Part shown: positions 20,037 to 29,021 of the stretch, one piece after another
Layout: each line of letters starts with the position of its first letter
Numbering within the stretch: the stretch's first letter is position 1
IMG/VR virus record: IMGVR_UViG_3300036855_000024
Span: 2,268 to 66,267 of that record
DNA: 64,000 nucleotides
Source of the DNA: a virus
Taxonomy: Duplodnaviria > Caudoviricetes
Reading direction: 5' to 3' (one strand)
Program-made: the position numbers and the translations under genes
The notes under the pieces: generated by a model
The model's input: the letters and a program-made list of their open reading frames with translations, nothing else
Told to the model about the DNA's origin: nothing
Databases searched by the model: none

Positions 20037-20275
20037 TGATTACTCTAGTCGATAGGTCCATTCAGGTAGCACCTAGTTCTACTCCTGAGTTCGGATCGTG
20101 CCCAGACAGTGTGTATGCATCGTGGATTGCACGTGTGCACCTTAATAAGACTCCAGTCAATGCAGGGGATCAATACGTGTGGTTGTACGTACAGTTAATC
20201 CCGCCAAGGTTCGTGAATTGTATTATCACGGTTAAGGCCGGAGACGAGTATCCACCAACTGAACCGACGACGTAA
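20036..20275 (+). CDS. Hypothetical protein
   Basis: ATG overlaps the capsid TAA (TAATG); 79 aa. Confidence 0.5.
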   Translation: MITLVDRSIQVAPSSTPEFGSCPDSVYASWIARVHLNKTPVNAGDQYVWLYVQLIPPRFVNCIITVKAGDEYPPTEPTT

Positions 20276-20284
20276 TGTTGCCAC

Positions 20285-20342
20285 CCTAGTCAGGCATTAG
20301 CACCCCTGATTAGGTTGTCCGCAGTGGCATTAACCCCCCACT
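20285..20342 (+). promoter_or_regulatory. Tandem hairpins with near-identical 10-nt loops
   Basis: CCTAGTCAGG-CATTAGCACC-CCTGATTAGG and AGTGG-CATTAACCCC-CCACT, the second abutting an RBS. Confidence 0.55.
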
Positions 20343-20356
20343 AGGAAGGCAAAGAA

Positions 20357-20869
20357 ATGGAAGGTCTAGGCAGGCTGTTCGATGTGTCTACGGCATTCGT
20401 CCCGGTAGACATGCAGACGGGTACGAACACTGGGAAGCGCATTCATCTGAGGAATACGCAGGCTATCACCTTTATTCTGTTCAAGGGTGCTGGTACCGCT
20501 GGCGATGATCCGGTGGTGTCGCTGCAACAGCATACGGCAGCGAGCGGTGGTAGCAGCGCTGCACTAACAACTATTACGCACTACCACCTCAAGAATGCAA
20601 CCACGCTGGCAGGTACGGAAACGTGGTCAAAGATTACTCAGTCAGTATCGGCCAGTATCACCGACCCAGGTGGAGCCGGTACCTCTGCGGAGTCGCAGCA
20701 AATCGTGGCTATCCCCGTGGATGCTGCCCAGCTCAGTGATGGTTATGAGTGGGTATCGCTCAATGTCGCGGACGTTGGAGGCAATGCTCAGCTTGGCTGT
20801 GCACTCTACATTCTGCATGGCTTGGAAGTTCAGCGTAAGCCTGAAAACCTAGTCCAGCCGCAGGCATAA
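20357..20869 (+). CDS. Virion structural protein (head decoration candidate)
   Basis: Beta-rich Ala/Thr/Gly composition, in the head operon. Confidence 0.6.
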   Translation: MEGLGRLFDVSTAFVPVDMQTGTNTGKRIHLRNTQAITFILFKGAGTAGDDPVVSLQQHTAASGGSSAALTTITHYHLKNATTLAGTETWSKITQSVSASITDPGGAGTSAESQQIVAIPVDAAQLSDGYEWVSLNVADVGGNAQLGCALYILHGLEVQRKPENLVQPQA

Positions 20870-20886
20870 GGGGAGCTGAATAGACC

Positions 20887-21354
20887 ATGAGCGTTATTAT
20901 CCAGGGTAGTCAGCTACGTACTATCCTATTGGGCGATAAGGTAGAGCGGGCAACTGCTACTATCCCACAGACAGCTACACAGAACATCTTCACCGTGAGC
21001 GGCGGGGCTATTTTGGTGACTGGACTAGTGGGCCGGGTGACCACAGCTATTGGCGGTACCGCTACTACGTTGAAGGTGAGCACCGCCCCTACTGTTGGTA
21101 CAGCGGTAGACCTCACTACGGCAGTGGCTATTACCAGCAAGGAAGTCGGCTCAGTTATTACTCTGCCCCTCACTGCTGGCGCGGCTATCATCGTGAACAA
21201 TGGCGGGGGCGGTGGGCAGGTACCCGGACACGCACCCTATGTGGTGCCAGCAGGAGCTATCTCCATCACCACCTCAGCGTCCACGACAGGAGCGATTAAG
21301 TGGACGCTGACATATATCATGCTTGATGACGGCTCGGCAGCGGCGGCGGCGTAA
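20887..21354 (+). CDS. Virion structural protein
   Basis: Thr/Ala/Gly-rich, in the head operon. Confidence 0.6.
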   Translation: MSVIIQGSQLRTILLGDKVERATATIPQTATQNIFTVSGGAILVTGLVGRVTTAIGGTATTLKVSTAPTVGTAVDLTTAVAITSKEVGSVITLPLTAGAAIIVNNGGGGGQVPGHAPYVVPAGAISITTSASTTGAIKWTLTYIMLDDGSAAAAA

Positions 21355-21914
21355 TGGTCAATACTCCAGTAATTGGCAGATATTCTGGGACGGCAGCCGA
21401 TAATCACCATGCTGTCCTCGCAGACCAGCAGGGGACTACCGGGACTGGGGCCGCACTGCGGGCGGAATCGGCTAACGCTCAGGTACCTGCTATCTCGGCT
21501 AAGGGTAGTGGTGTGTTGCTCTCGCTGGAGAACTCCAGCGGCGTGCCGGTGTTTGCAGTGAGTCAGGCTGGCCTGGTCACAGCATCTGGAGGTATTGGGA
21601 GCGGTGCGGTCTCTGGTGACGTGACGGTCACTGGTGGCAATGTAGTTATTGCTACGGCAGGAAAAGGTCTACAGATAGAAGAGGGCAGTAATGCCACGAT
21701 GGGAACACTCACTCTGAATGGTGCTACTCCTGTCACGGTGGATACGACTGCTGTTACTGCCACGTCGCGTATCTTCCTTACCCACAACGCAGTTAGCGGG
21801 ACTCCTGCGTTCGTTTGGGTATCGGCTAGGTCTGGCGGTACTTCGTTTACCGTCACTGGTACCGCACTCGATACCTCTGCTGTCGCGTGGTTGATTGTGA
21901 ATCCGGCGCCATGA
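21354..21914 (+). CDS. Virion structural/fibre-like protein
   Basis: Gly/Thr-rich beta-type sequence. Confidence 0.6.
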   Translation: MVNTPVIGRYSGTAADNHHAVLADQQGTTGTGAALRAESANAQVPAISAKGSGVLLSLENSSGVPVFAVSQAGLVTASGGIGSGAVSGDVTVTGGNVVIATAGKGLQIEEGSNATMGTLTLNGATPVTVDTTAVTATSRIFLTHNAVSGTPAFVWVSARSGGTSFTVTGTALDTSAVAWLIVNPAP

Positions 21915-22264
21915 TAGTAGCTAAGCGTGTGGTGTGGACATGCGAAGGGTGTGGATCTGACTATGCCGTCAATCTGACTCGGTGTCCACGATGCCACTCT
22001 ACGGAATTGGTAAGGGGAGACAAGGATATGGCAAAGGTAACTCGACACGGCGGAGCTACTAACGTTACTCCGGAAACACCGGAGTTGGAGGCTGAGGCTG
22101 AAGCTGGTAGTGATAATGTGGGCGACACTGATACCGACACGCCGTCTATTGCTGATACAGCGCTAGCACCTGTTGCAGAGACAGAAGTAGTTGATGAGTC
22201 GCCAGTCGCTACTACTACAATCTCTAATACCACTACGCAGAGACGTCGTAGATCGGGGTTCTAA
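21911..22264 (+). CDS. Zinc-ribbon protein with acidic tail
   Basis: CEGCG...CPRC; ATG overlaps the previous stop. Confidence 0.6.
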   Translation: MIVAKRVVWTCEGCGSDYAVNLTRCPRCHSTELVRGDKDMAKVTRHGGATNVTPETPELEAEAEAGSDNVGDTDTDTPSIADTALAPVAETEVVDESPVATTTISNTTTQRRRRSGF

Positions 22265-22447
22265 ATGAGTTGGTATCAACTCATTAGCATTTACAGGGAA
22301 GCTGAGCAGACACAGCGGGAACTAGTAGCGCGAGGTCCGTGGGCATGTCCTAATGATGGTGAGCCATTAATTATGGGCGCTAATGGTGTTCGGTTCTGCC
22401 GGTATGACGGGTGGCAGTACCCTCGGGATTGGGACGGAAGGGTCTGA
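22265..22447 (+). CDS. Small conserved-type protein
   Basis: PWACPNDGEPL...FCRYDGWQYP. Confidence 0.6.
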   Translation: MSWYQLISIYREAEQTQRELVARGPWACPNDGEPLIMGANGVRFCRYDGWQYPRDWDGRV

Positions 22448-22508
22448 GGTTTGTAAGTCTGTGGGTACCTTGCAGCTTTGAGCGCGAGGCACGGGAACGG
22501 CCCGGGAG

Positions 22509-23570
22509 GTGGTGGACGTGAGCGTTTGGTATTGCACTAGAGAGGAAGTGCAAGAGGCACTGGATTTCAAGGATACCACTCGCAACTCCCGGGCCGTAGA
22601 CCGTGCCATAGGGTCTGCGTCCGACAGTATTAACGGACAGTTGAGACGTGTGTTCTACCCTACCATTGGTACTAGGTATAAGGATTGGCCGAACTGGCAG
22701 TATGCGTACCCATGGAGGATCTGGCTAGACGCTGATGAAGTGATATCAGTGGATACTCTCACTAGTGGTGGGGTAGTGATTCCACCGAGTGACTACAACC
22801 TAGAGCCATCCAACGTTGGCCCGCCATATACGTACATTGAAATGTCATTGGCTGCGTCGTCAATGTTCTCGGCAGGAGCGGCAACGTGGCAACGGTCGAT
22901 AAGTATTATCGGCACGTTCGGATTTAGAGCGGACGAAGATCCTGGCGGTTCACTGACTAGTGCAATTATCGACACGACTGGAGTTTCTGTTGCTGTCAGC
23001 GACTCCGGCAGTATTGGAGTAGGAAGCCTCATCCGTATCGACTCAGAGCGTATGAATGTCTCTGGTAAGTCAATGGTCACTACAGGACAGACGTTGCAAG
23101 CCGACATAGCCGCGAGCACGGCAGCAGTATCTGTAGAGGTAACAGACGGGACGTCCTACTTCGTCAATGAGATCATACTTATCGACTCGGAACGAATGCT
23201 TATCGTTGACATAGCTAGTGATAGTCTCATAGTGAAACGAGCATGGAACGGTTCTGTACTTTCTGCTCATAGCATGGGAGCTACTATCTATGCTGGTCGG
23301 TTGCTCACTGTCACTCGCGGAGTCCTGGGAACTGTAGCGGCTACACACCTTATTGATTCGCCAATTGCTGTACAGAGCTACCCACCATTGATTAACCAAC
23401 TGTCTATAGCTGAGACCACTAACTCCCTCACTGAAGTACGGGCGGGATATTCCAGACAAGGGAGATCAACAGGAACGGTAGCTATAGAAGCTACGTCTAA
23501 AGGTTTGGAAGACTTACGTGCTCAGGCGTTCAGCACATTCGGTCGGCAATCTCGCAGTAGGGCAGTGTAA
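22509..23570 (+). CDS. Head-tail adaptor/connector
   Basis: N-terminal YCTREEV...AIGSASDSINGQLRR.F, with two internal repeats (LIRIDSERM / IILIDSERM). Confidence 0.7.
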   Translation: MVDVSVWYCTREEVQEALDFKDTTRNSRAVDRAIGSASDSINGQLRRVFYPTIGTRYKDWPNWQYAYPWRIWLDADEVISVDTLTSGGVVIPPSDYNLEPSNVGPPYTYIEMSLAASSMFSAGAATWQRSISIIGTFGFRADEDPGGSLTSAIIDTTGVSVAVSDSGSIGVGSLIRIDSERMNVSGKSMVTTGQTLQADIAASTAAVSVEVTDGTSYFVNEIILIDSERMLIVDIASDSLIVKRAWNGSVLSAHSMGATIYAGRLLTVTRGVLGTVAATHLIDSPIAVQSYPPLINQLSIAETTNSLTEVRAGYSRQGRSTGTVAIEATSKGLEDLRAQAFSTFGRQSRSRAV

Positions 23571-24022
23571 TGGACGCGACCGCACTAATGGGAAGCCTAG
23601 TTGACAATGCTCTAGCAAGTGGCTATTTCGAGAGCGTCAACGGTCATGAACCGTTAAGTGCACCAGGCCACGGTATTACGGCGGCGGTGTGGGTACAGGA
23701 TATCAGGCCGGTACCGTCCGAGAGTGGACTAGCAGTGGTTAGCATTGCTGTTACGTTCAATATCAGAATCTACTCGAACGCTATTCAGGAACCTCAGGAC
23801 GCCATTGATCCTAATCTGATCACTGCAGCGTCTGCGTTGCTCAGTAGTTACAGTGCTGGATTTACACTAGGTGGTCAGGTGATGGAGGTGGATATCTTTG
23901 GTGTAGCTGGTATCCAGCTCAGTTCTATTGCTGGTTGGGTAGAACAGAGTGGTGCTGTATATAGGGTAATGACGATAACATTGCCGGTCATTGTTACCGA
24001 CCTTTGGACTGAGGCACCATGA
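23570..24022 (+). CDS. Tail terminator/completion protein
   Basis: Position plus FTLGGQV...YRVMTITLPV. Confidence 0.65.
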   Translation: MDATALMGSLVDNALASGYFESVNGHEPLSAPGHGITAAVWVQDIRPVPSESGLAVVSIAVTFNIRIYSNAIQEPQDAIDPNLITAASALLSSYSAGFTLGGQVMEVDIFGVAGIQLSSIAGWVEQSGAVYRVMTITLPVIVTDLWTEAP

Positions 24023-24417
24023 GCGGAGTGTACGTCTCTATAGTTGGGGCTACTGGAGCCATCTCAAATGGCACTGCCGAACGCATTATCATAGATGGTA
24101 CAGATAGTATAGCCGAACAGTTGGCACAAAAGACGGTGACTGCTGTCAGGTCGCAGCTTGATAACGTACTCAAGAATCCAACTGGCTACTACAAATCACA
24201 GATCAGTGCGGATAAAGTGCAGAATGGGAGTTACTCTGTCAGCGATAGTGGCGTGGTTTATGGCCCATGGCTGGAAGGTGTTAGCAGTAGAAATGACACT
24301 ACCTCGTTCAAGGGTTATCACACGTTCGAGATAGTAAGTCAAGAAATAGAGCCTGAACTTGGGTCCGCAATAGACGAATATATCGACAAGCTTCTAGAAA
24401 AAGTGGCGGGCGAGTAA
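24019..24417 (+). CDS. HK97 gp10-like neck protein
   Basis: PTGYYKSQI...VVYGPWLEG...KGYHTF. Confidence 0.65.
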   Translation: MSGVYVSIVGATGAISNGTAERIIIDGTDSIAEQLAQKTVTAVRSQLDNVLKNPTGYYKSQISADKVQNGSYSVSDSGVVYGPWLEGVSSRNDTTSFKGYHTFEIVSQEIEPELGSAIDEYIDKLLEKVAGE

Positions 24418-24590
24418 TGGACTACTCAGTGGAGACCCTGGCTCAAATAGGGTTCAACGCCTATGGGGATAAAGTTGGGTGGTTGAACTATGAAGGTGAA
24501 GTCATGCCTACCTGGGAAACGCTGGAGGAACCAACTAGGGAAGCATGGGTAACAGCGGCTGAAGCCATTGTTAGAGCGAGAGGTGACTAA
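24417..24590 (+). CDS. Small hypothetical protein (57 aa, below track cutoff)
   Basis: MDYSVETLAQIGFNAYGDKVGW...MPTWETLEEPTREAW; overlaps the previous stop. Confidence 0.65.
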   Translation: MDYSVETLAQIGFNAYGDKVGWLNYEGEVMPTWETLEEPTREAWVTAAEAIVRARGD

Positions 24591-24593
24591 TAA

Positions 24594-25340
24594 ATGGCTA
24601 AGACTAGTGGCTTAGGCGACAACTTCTACTTTAACGGAGTGGACCTGAGTGGAGATATCAACTCTCTAAGTGACGTGAGTGGTGGCCCAGCTGCCATCGA
24701 CGTTACCGATATTACACAGTCTGGGATGGCACGATTAGGCGGTGAGCGAGACGGTACTATCGAGTTCATCTCATACCTAGACATTGTAGCGGGGGCGTCT
24801 CACCCAACCTTAGGCGCTCTAGTCCTTACTGATGTGATGCTCCAATACTGTCAGGGTACTGCGTTAGGTAATCCGGGTGCTGGAATGATAGCTAAGCAAG
24901 CGAACTACGATGGTACTCGTGACGCAAAAGGCGCTATTACGTTCAAGGTCAAGGGTAATGCTAACGCCTATGGCTTGGAATGGGGAGCGCAAGCGACTAG
25001 CGGTAAGAGGACTGATACGGCGGCCACCAACGGTACTGGTATCGATCTTGTGGCGACCACCTCATTTGGGTTGCAAACATACCTCCAAGTCTTCAGCGGA
25101 TTCGCTGGTACCTCGGTCACGGTAAAGCTCCAAGAGAGTAACGACAATGGAGGTAGTGATCCTTATGCCGATACTACTGGCGGTGGATTCACTGCGGCTA
25201 CGGGAATCACTACTCAGCGGATAGCGACGGCTAACAATCAGAGTGTAAAGCGCTGGCTCAGAGTCGTTACTACTGGGACGTTCACCAGTGCCACATTTAG
25301 TGTCCTCATCGTAAAGAATACAGTAGCGACGGTGTTCTAA
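24594..25340 (+). CDS. Major tail (tube) protein-like
   Basis: MAKTSGLG...IDVTDI...RDGTIEF; located upstream of chaperone and tape measure. Confidence 0.7.
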   Translation: MAKTSGLGDNFYFNGVDLSGDINSLSDVSGGPAAIDVTDITQSGMARLGGERDGTIEFISYLDIVAGASHPTLGALVLTDVMLQYCQGTALGNPGAGMIAKQANYDGTRDAKGAITFKVKGNANAYGLEWGAQATSGKRTDTAATNGTGIDLVATTSFGLQTYLQVFSGFAGTSVTVKLQESNDNGGSDPYADTTGGGFTAATGITTQRIATANNQSVKRWLRVVTTGTFTSATFSVLIVKNTVATVF

Positions 25341-25838
25341 ATGACTAGCATAGGCCCGCAATTGCCTCCTGAGTACACGAAGACTTACCAGGTTCTCCAG
25401 CCGGTCAGTACGCACTACAGGAGAGCTAGCTGTATGGAAGTGAATTGTGAACGTCTAGCTAACGGGTGGCTATCTGCCATTGATGAGGGTACTAGCCTAG
25501 GGCAAGCGCAGGCATATTACATCAGGCATGAGAGTGGTAGGCGGTTCTCTGAATACAGAGCAGTACCGAAAGTAGTAAAGGACGATAGCGGATTAGAGTA
25601 CATGGAATACGAGAAGCTAGCTAGTGGTCCTATGACTATTTTTGTATTCGCCCCCGGCCAGAGGTGTTTCGAACAGCACCGAGTGTCACTCGATAGACCA
25701 GCACACTTCCTAGTGAGGGACGGCTATCCGGGAGTTAATCCCAGAGGCACACCACCCCGCGTCCACAATGCTGAAGATTGGGTGGACGACTTCGCTAATC
25801 ATCAGCAATCGCTCTACGATAAACACCAGGAAGGATGA
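25341..25838 (+). CDS. Hypothetical protein
   Basis: 165-aa ORF in the tail operon. Confidence 0.65.
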   Translation: MTSIGPQLPPEYTKTYQVLQPVSTHYRRASCMEVNCERLANGWLSAIDEGTSLGQAQAYYIRHESGRRFSEYRAVPKVVKDDSGLEYMEYEKLASGPMTIFVFAPGQRCFEQHRVSLDRPAHFLVRDGYPGVNPRGTPPRVHNAEDWVDDFANHQQSLYDKHQEG

Positions 25839-25844
25839 CCAACA

Positions 25845-26246
25845 ATGTCTAAGACAACTGGCCTAGGCTGGACTACGTTCAGTGTCGATGATAGTGGCGG
25901 CACTCCAGTGGTAATCAAGAACGATATCACGGACGTAGCATGGACCACTCCAAGAGCGGTGCAGGACGTGACTGGGCTTGATAAGTCTGCTATTGAACGT
26001 CAACTACTGCTGGCAGATTTCACAGTGACACCAAAGGGAGTATTTAATGCGGCAGTATCACATACCGTGTTCAGGACTGTACCCAGCACTTCGGTAAATA
26101 GGACAGTAACTATGGTGGTTGCTACAGTGACACTCCCTAACGAAACTCTGTTCACTGACTATAAGATCACTAGGTCAGCGAAAGGCGAGTTATTGTGGGA
26201 AGCGCCAGGTGTATTAGCGGACGGCACAGTACCTACGTGGTCATAA
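25845..26246 (+). CDS. Second tail-tube-like protein
   Basis: MSKTTGLG...QDVTGLDKSAIERQLLLADFTVT; N-terminus parallels 24594..25340. Confidence 0.65.
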   Translation: MSKTTGLGWTTFSVDDSGGTPVVIKNDITDVAWTTPRAVQDVTGLDKSAIERQLLLADFTVTPKGVFNAAVSHTVFRTVPSTSVNRTVTMVVATVTLPNETLFTDYKITRSAKGELLWEAPGVLADGTVPTWS

Positions 26247-26258
26247 GGTGATATCAAT

Positions 26259-26657
26259 ATGGGATTTTGCCCGGATGATACAGTTTACAGACTGAAATTC
26301 GTTAGCCCTGCGATGAGAGGACTTATCGTGGAGGCTAAGGAGCCTCCATTAGGAATTATCCTCGATGTGATGCGGTTGGGTGATGACCCTACCAACATGA
26401 ATAAGGCAGACCTGAAGTCGGTAGATGAGTTGTTCCATTCGTTTGTCCAGTCCGTGGTCAGTTGGAATATGGAAGATAAGGACGGGACTCCTGTTCCCAT
26501 CACTATGGATGGGCTGGGTCGTTATGGATTGCGATTCGCTCTTGATCTGGCTATGGCTTGGGCGAATGCGGGTGTAGATATTCCTGCCCCTTTAGGGAAT
26601 CGATCGACAAATGGGTTACAATCGGGGGAGGTATCGATTCCGATGGAATCATTGTAG
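26259..26657 (+). CDS. Tail assembly chaperone (gpG-like)
   Basis: Directly upstream of the tape measure; VVSWNMED...PIT motif. Confidence 0.8.
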   Translation: MGFCPDDTVYRLKFVSPAMRGLIVEAKEPPLGIILDVMRLGDDPTNMNKADLKSVDELFHSFVQSVVSWNMEDKDGTPVPITMDGLGRYGLRFALDLAMAWANAGVDIPAPLGNRSTNGLQSGEVSIPMESL

Positions 26658-26806
26658 AAAAACCTGTAGACCTGTCTATAGCGGAGGTTGTACTGCGTTT
26701 GTGTGAGCGATTCGGATGCCTGCCATCTTCCCTATATAGGGAAGGGGCTAGTTTTTGGCGAATGCTCACTATAGAAGCGCTAGGTAAGGTCGATACTAAT
26801 GGCTAG
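26588..26806 (+). other. -1 programmed frameshift site and gpGT extension
   Basis: C CCT TTA (XXXYYYZ) at 26588-26594 in the chaperone frame. The -1 frame is open to 26806 (LCERFGCLPSSL...). Confidence 0.8.
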
Positions 26807-29021
26807 CAAGATAGTGGAAATCCTTATTGAGGATGCATTTAAGAGCGCAGGAGGATTCGTCGCCGCTAAGGCCGGCATCGACTCTACCAAGACGGCAGCA
26901 GAAGAGAGTAGCAAGTCTATCGCCGGGATGGATGACACTCTAGGGACTACCGGTTCTAAGATGGGTGCTACCGGTATGAAGGTCGGTGCGGCTGTCGGTG
27001 TCGCTGTTGGCGGTGCTCTTGCTGAAGGTTTCGCTAGTTCAGTGAGCTTTGACGCTAGCCAAAAGAAACTAGAGGCTAGCTTTGCGACAGGCAGCGAGGA
27101 AGCGAAAACGGCAGGCGACGCGGCGGGAAAATTATACGCAGACGGCTATACGGAATCGATGGACGAGATAGACCAAGCTGTCAAGCAAGTCATCCAGAGC
27201 GGCGCTGGAATGCAGAACGCTACTAGTGAACAGGTACAGGAGATAACCGGCCAGTTTCTCTCGTTGGCTAAAGTGATGAACGTCGATGTGGGTAGCTCTA
27301 TCGAGAGCGTAGCCACAATGGTAAAGACGCACATGGTGCCTGATATGCAGGGCGGCATAGACTTGGTTACGGCTGCATATCAGAAGCTAGGCCCAGCAGC
27401 AGACGGAGTTATAGGAACTGTCCAAAAGAATGCTGAGGAGTTCCAACGGTTGGGTATCAGTGGCCAGGAGGCTATGGGCCTCATTGTCCAGGGTATGAAT
27501 GCCGGTGCTGGTAGTGCAGATGCTGTAGGCAACTCGTTCAAGTTATTTGCTAATACTGTATTGAGTGGAACTAAGGCAAGTGAGGAAGGTCTGCAATCTC
27601 TGGGCCTGGCTACCGATATTTATGGGAGCAAGTCAACAGCGGCTGGCAAGCAAGCAAGTGCAAGCTTCAGTGTGAGTGCGGCCGATGCTGATAATGCCAG
27701 GCAAGTTCTGGATAAGCTAGGACTCTCTGTAGATTCAGTAACCGACAAGACAGATAAGAGTGGGAAGACTAGCACGGAATCCTTTAAGGTCAGTGGGGCT
27801 AGCGTTACCGACTTGCAGACTAAGCTAGACGCGGCTGGTATTAGCATGACCTCATTTAGCGACAAGGTAGCCACCGGCAGCACTGCTGCAAGTGGTGGGC
27901 TTAAGGTCATTGGTATCAACGCAGACGACATTAGAGGCAAACTCGCGGCAGGTGGTGACACTGCTAATGCAGCGTTCGCCGATATTGTCAATAGACTCAA
28001 GGATATCAAGGACCCACTTGAACAGAACACTATAGGTACTGAACTGTTCGGTAAGTCGTGGAAGACTGTATCTGAGTCGATCCTGGCATTCAACCCGCAG
28101 ACAGCAGTGCAGGGCTTAGGTCAGATCAACGGTTCGGGTAAAGCCTTGAATGCTACCGTGGAAGACACTGCTCAGAACAAACTAACCGCTATGAAAAATA
28201 AGTTTCAGGAGTTCATGGCAGGGGTAGTCAACGCGCCAGGTGTACTTGGGACTATAGGTACTGCATTTGCAGCATTCGGAGTCAGCGGAATTGGAGCACT
28301 GAGCGGTATTGCCCAGATATCGCAAGCCTTACCGGCAGGGTTTGCGTCATCAGCTGGGAAGATCATAACGACTATGGCCAATATGGCTGGATCATTCATC
28401 GCTACGGCAGCAGTCAGCGTAGCTTCCGGAATAGCGGCGGCAGGAGCTTGGATAGCGGCGAACATTGCCATGATCGCAGCGACCGGCGGTATCATCCTCG
28501 CTGTTGCCGCTGTAGTTGCCATAGCCGTGCTGGTCATTCAGCACTGGCAGTCTGTCAAAGACTTCTTTGGAATGCTAGCTGGGTTCCTGGGTGATGTTGG
28601 CCGAACTATGTGGGATGGAATCAAGCAAGGCGCTGAAGATATGGTGAATGGCGTCATTGCCGTATTGAACGGTATGATCGGCGGCATCAACACGCTTATT
28701 TCTGGTATTGACCTGGTGCCAGGTGTGTCTATTCCACATATACCAAACATTCCGTACGCTTCATTCGCGGCAGGTGGCATATCGGCAGGTGGACTAGCCC
28801 TGGTAGGGGAACACGGCCCGGAGTTGGTTAATCTCCCTAGTGGGTCTCGTGTCTATAACAACTCCGAAAGTCAGGCCATGGCCGGCAGTAACGGAGCGGG
28901 AGTTCACATCACTATAGATAGTGGAGGGAGCACCTTAGATAACCTCTTGGTCCACTTATTGAGGACTTCTATCAGGTCACAGGGCGGGAATGTACAAACG
29001 GTGCTGGGAACGTCATCATGA
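26799..29021 (+). CDS. Tape measure protein
   Basis: 740 aa, Ala/Gly-rich helical; C-terminal FAAGG...VGEHGPELV. Confidence 0.9.
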   Translation: MASKIVEILIEDAFKSAGGFVAAKAGIDSTKTAAEESSKSIAGMDDTLGTTGSKMGATGMKVGAAVGVAVGGALAEGFASSVSFDASQKKLEASFATGSEEAKTAGDAAGKLYADGYTESMDEIDQAVKQVIQSGAGMQNATSEQVQEITGQFLSLAKVMNVDVGSSIESVATMVKTHMVPDMQGGIDLVTAAYQKLGPAADGVIGTVQKNAEEFQRLGISGQEAMGLIVQGMNAGAGSADAVGNSFKLFANTVLSGTKASEEGLQSLGLATDIYGSKSTAAGKQASASFSVSAADADNARQVLDKLGLSVDSVTDKTDKSGKTSTESFKVSGASVTDLQTKLDAAGISMTSFSDKVATGSTAASGGLKVIGINADDIRGKLAAGGDTANAAFADIVNRLKDIKDPLEQNTIGTELFGKSWKTVSESILAFNPQTAVQGLGQINGSGKALNATVEDTAQNKLTAMKNKFQEFMAGVVNAPGVLGTIGTAFAAFGVSGIGALSGIAQISQALPAGFASSAGKIITTMANMAGSFIATAAVSVASGIAAAGAWIAANIAMIAATGGIILAVAAVVAIAVLVIQHWQSVKDFFGMLAGFLGDVGRTMWDGIKQGAEDMVNGVIAVLNGMIGGINTLISGIDLVPGVSIPHIPNIPYASFAAGGISAGGLALVGEHGPELVNLPSGSRVYNNSESQAMAGSNGAGVHITIDSGGSTLDNLLVHLLRTSIRSQGGNVQTVLGTSS

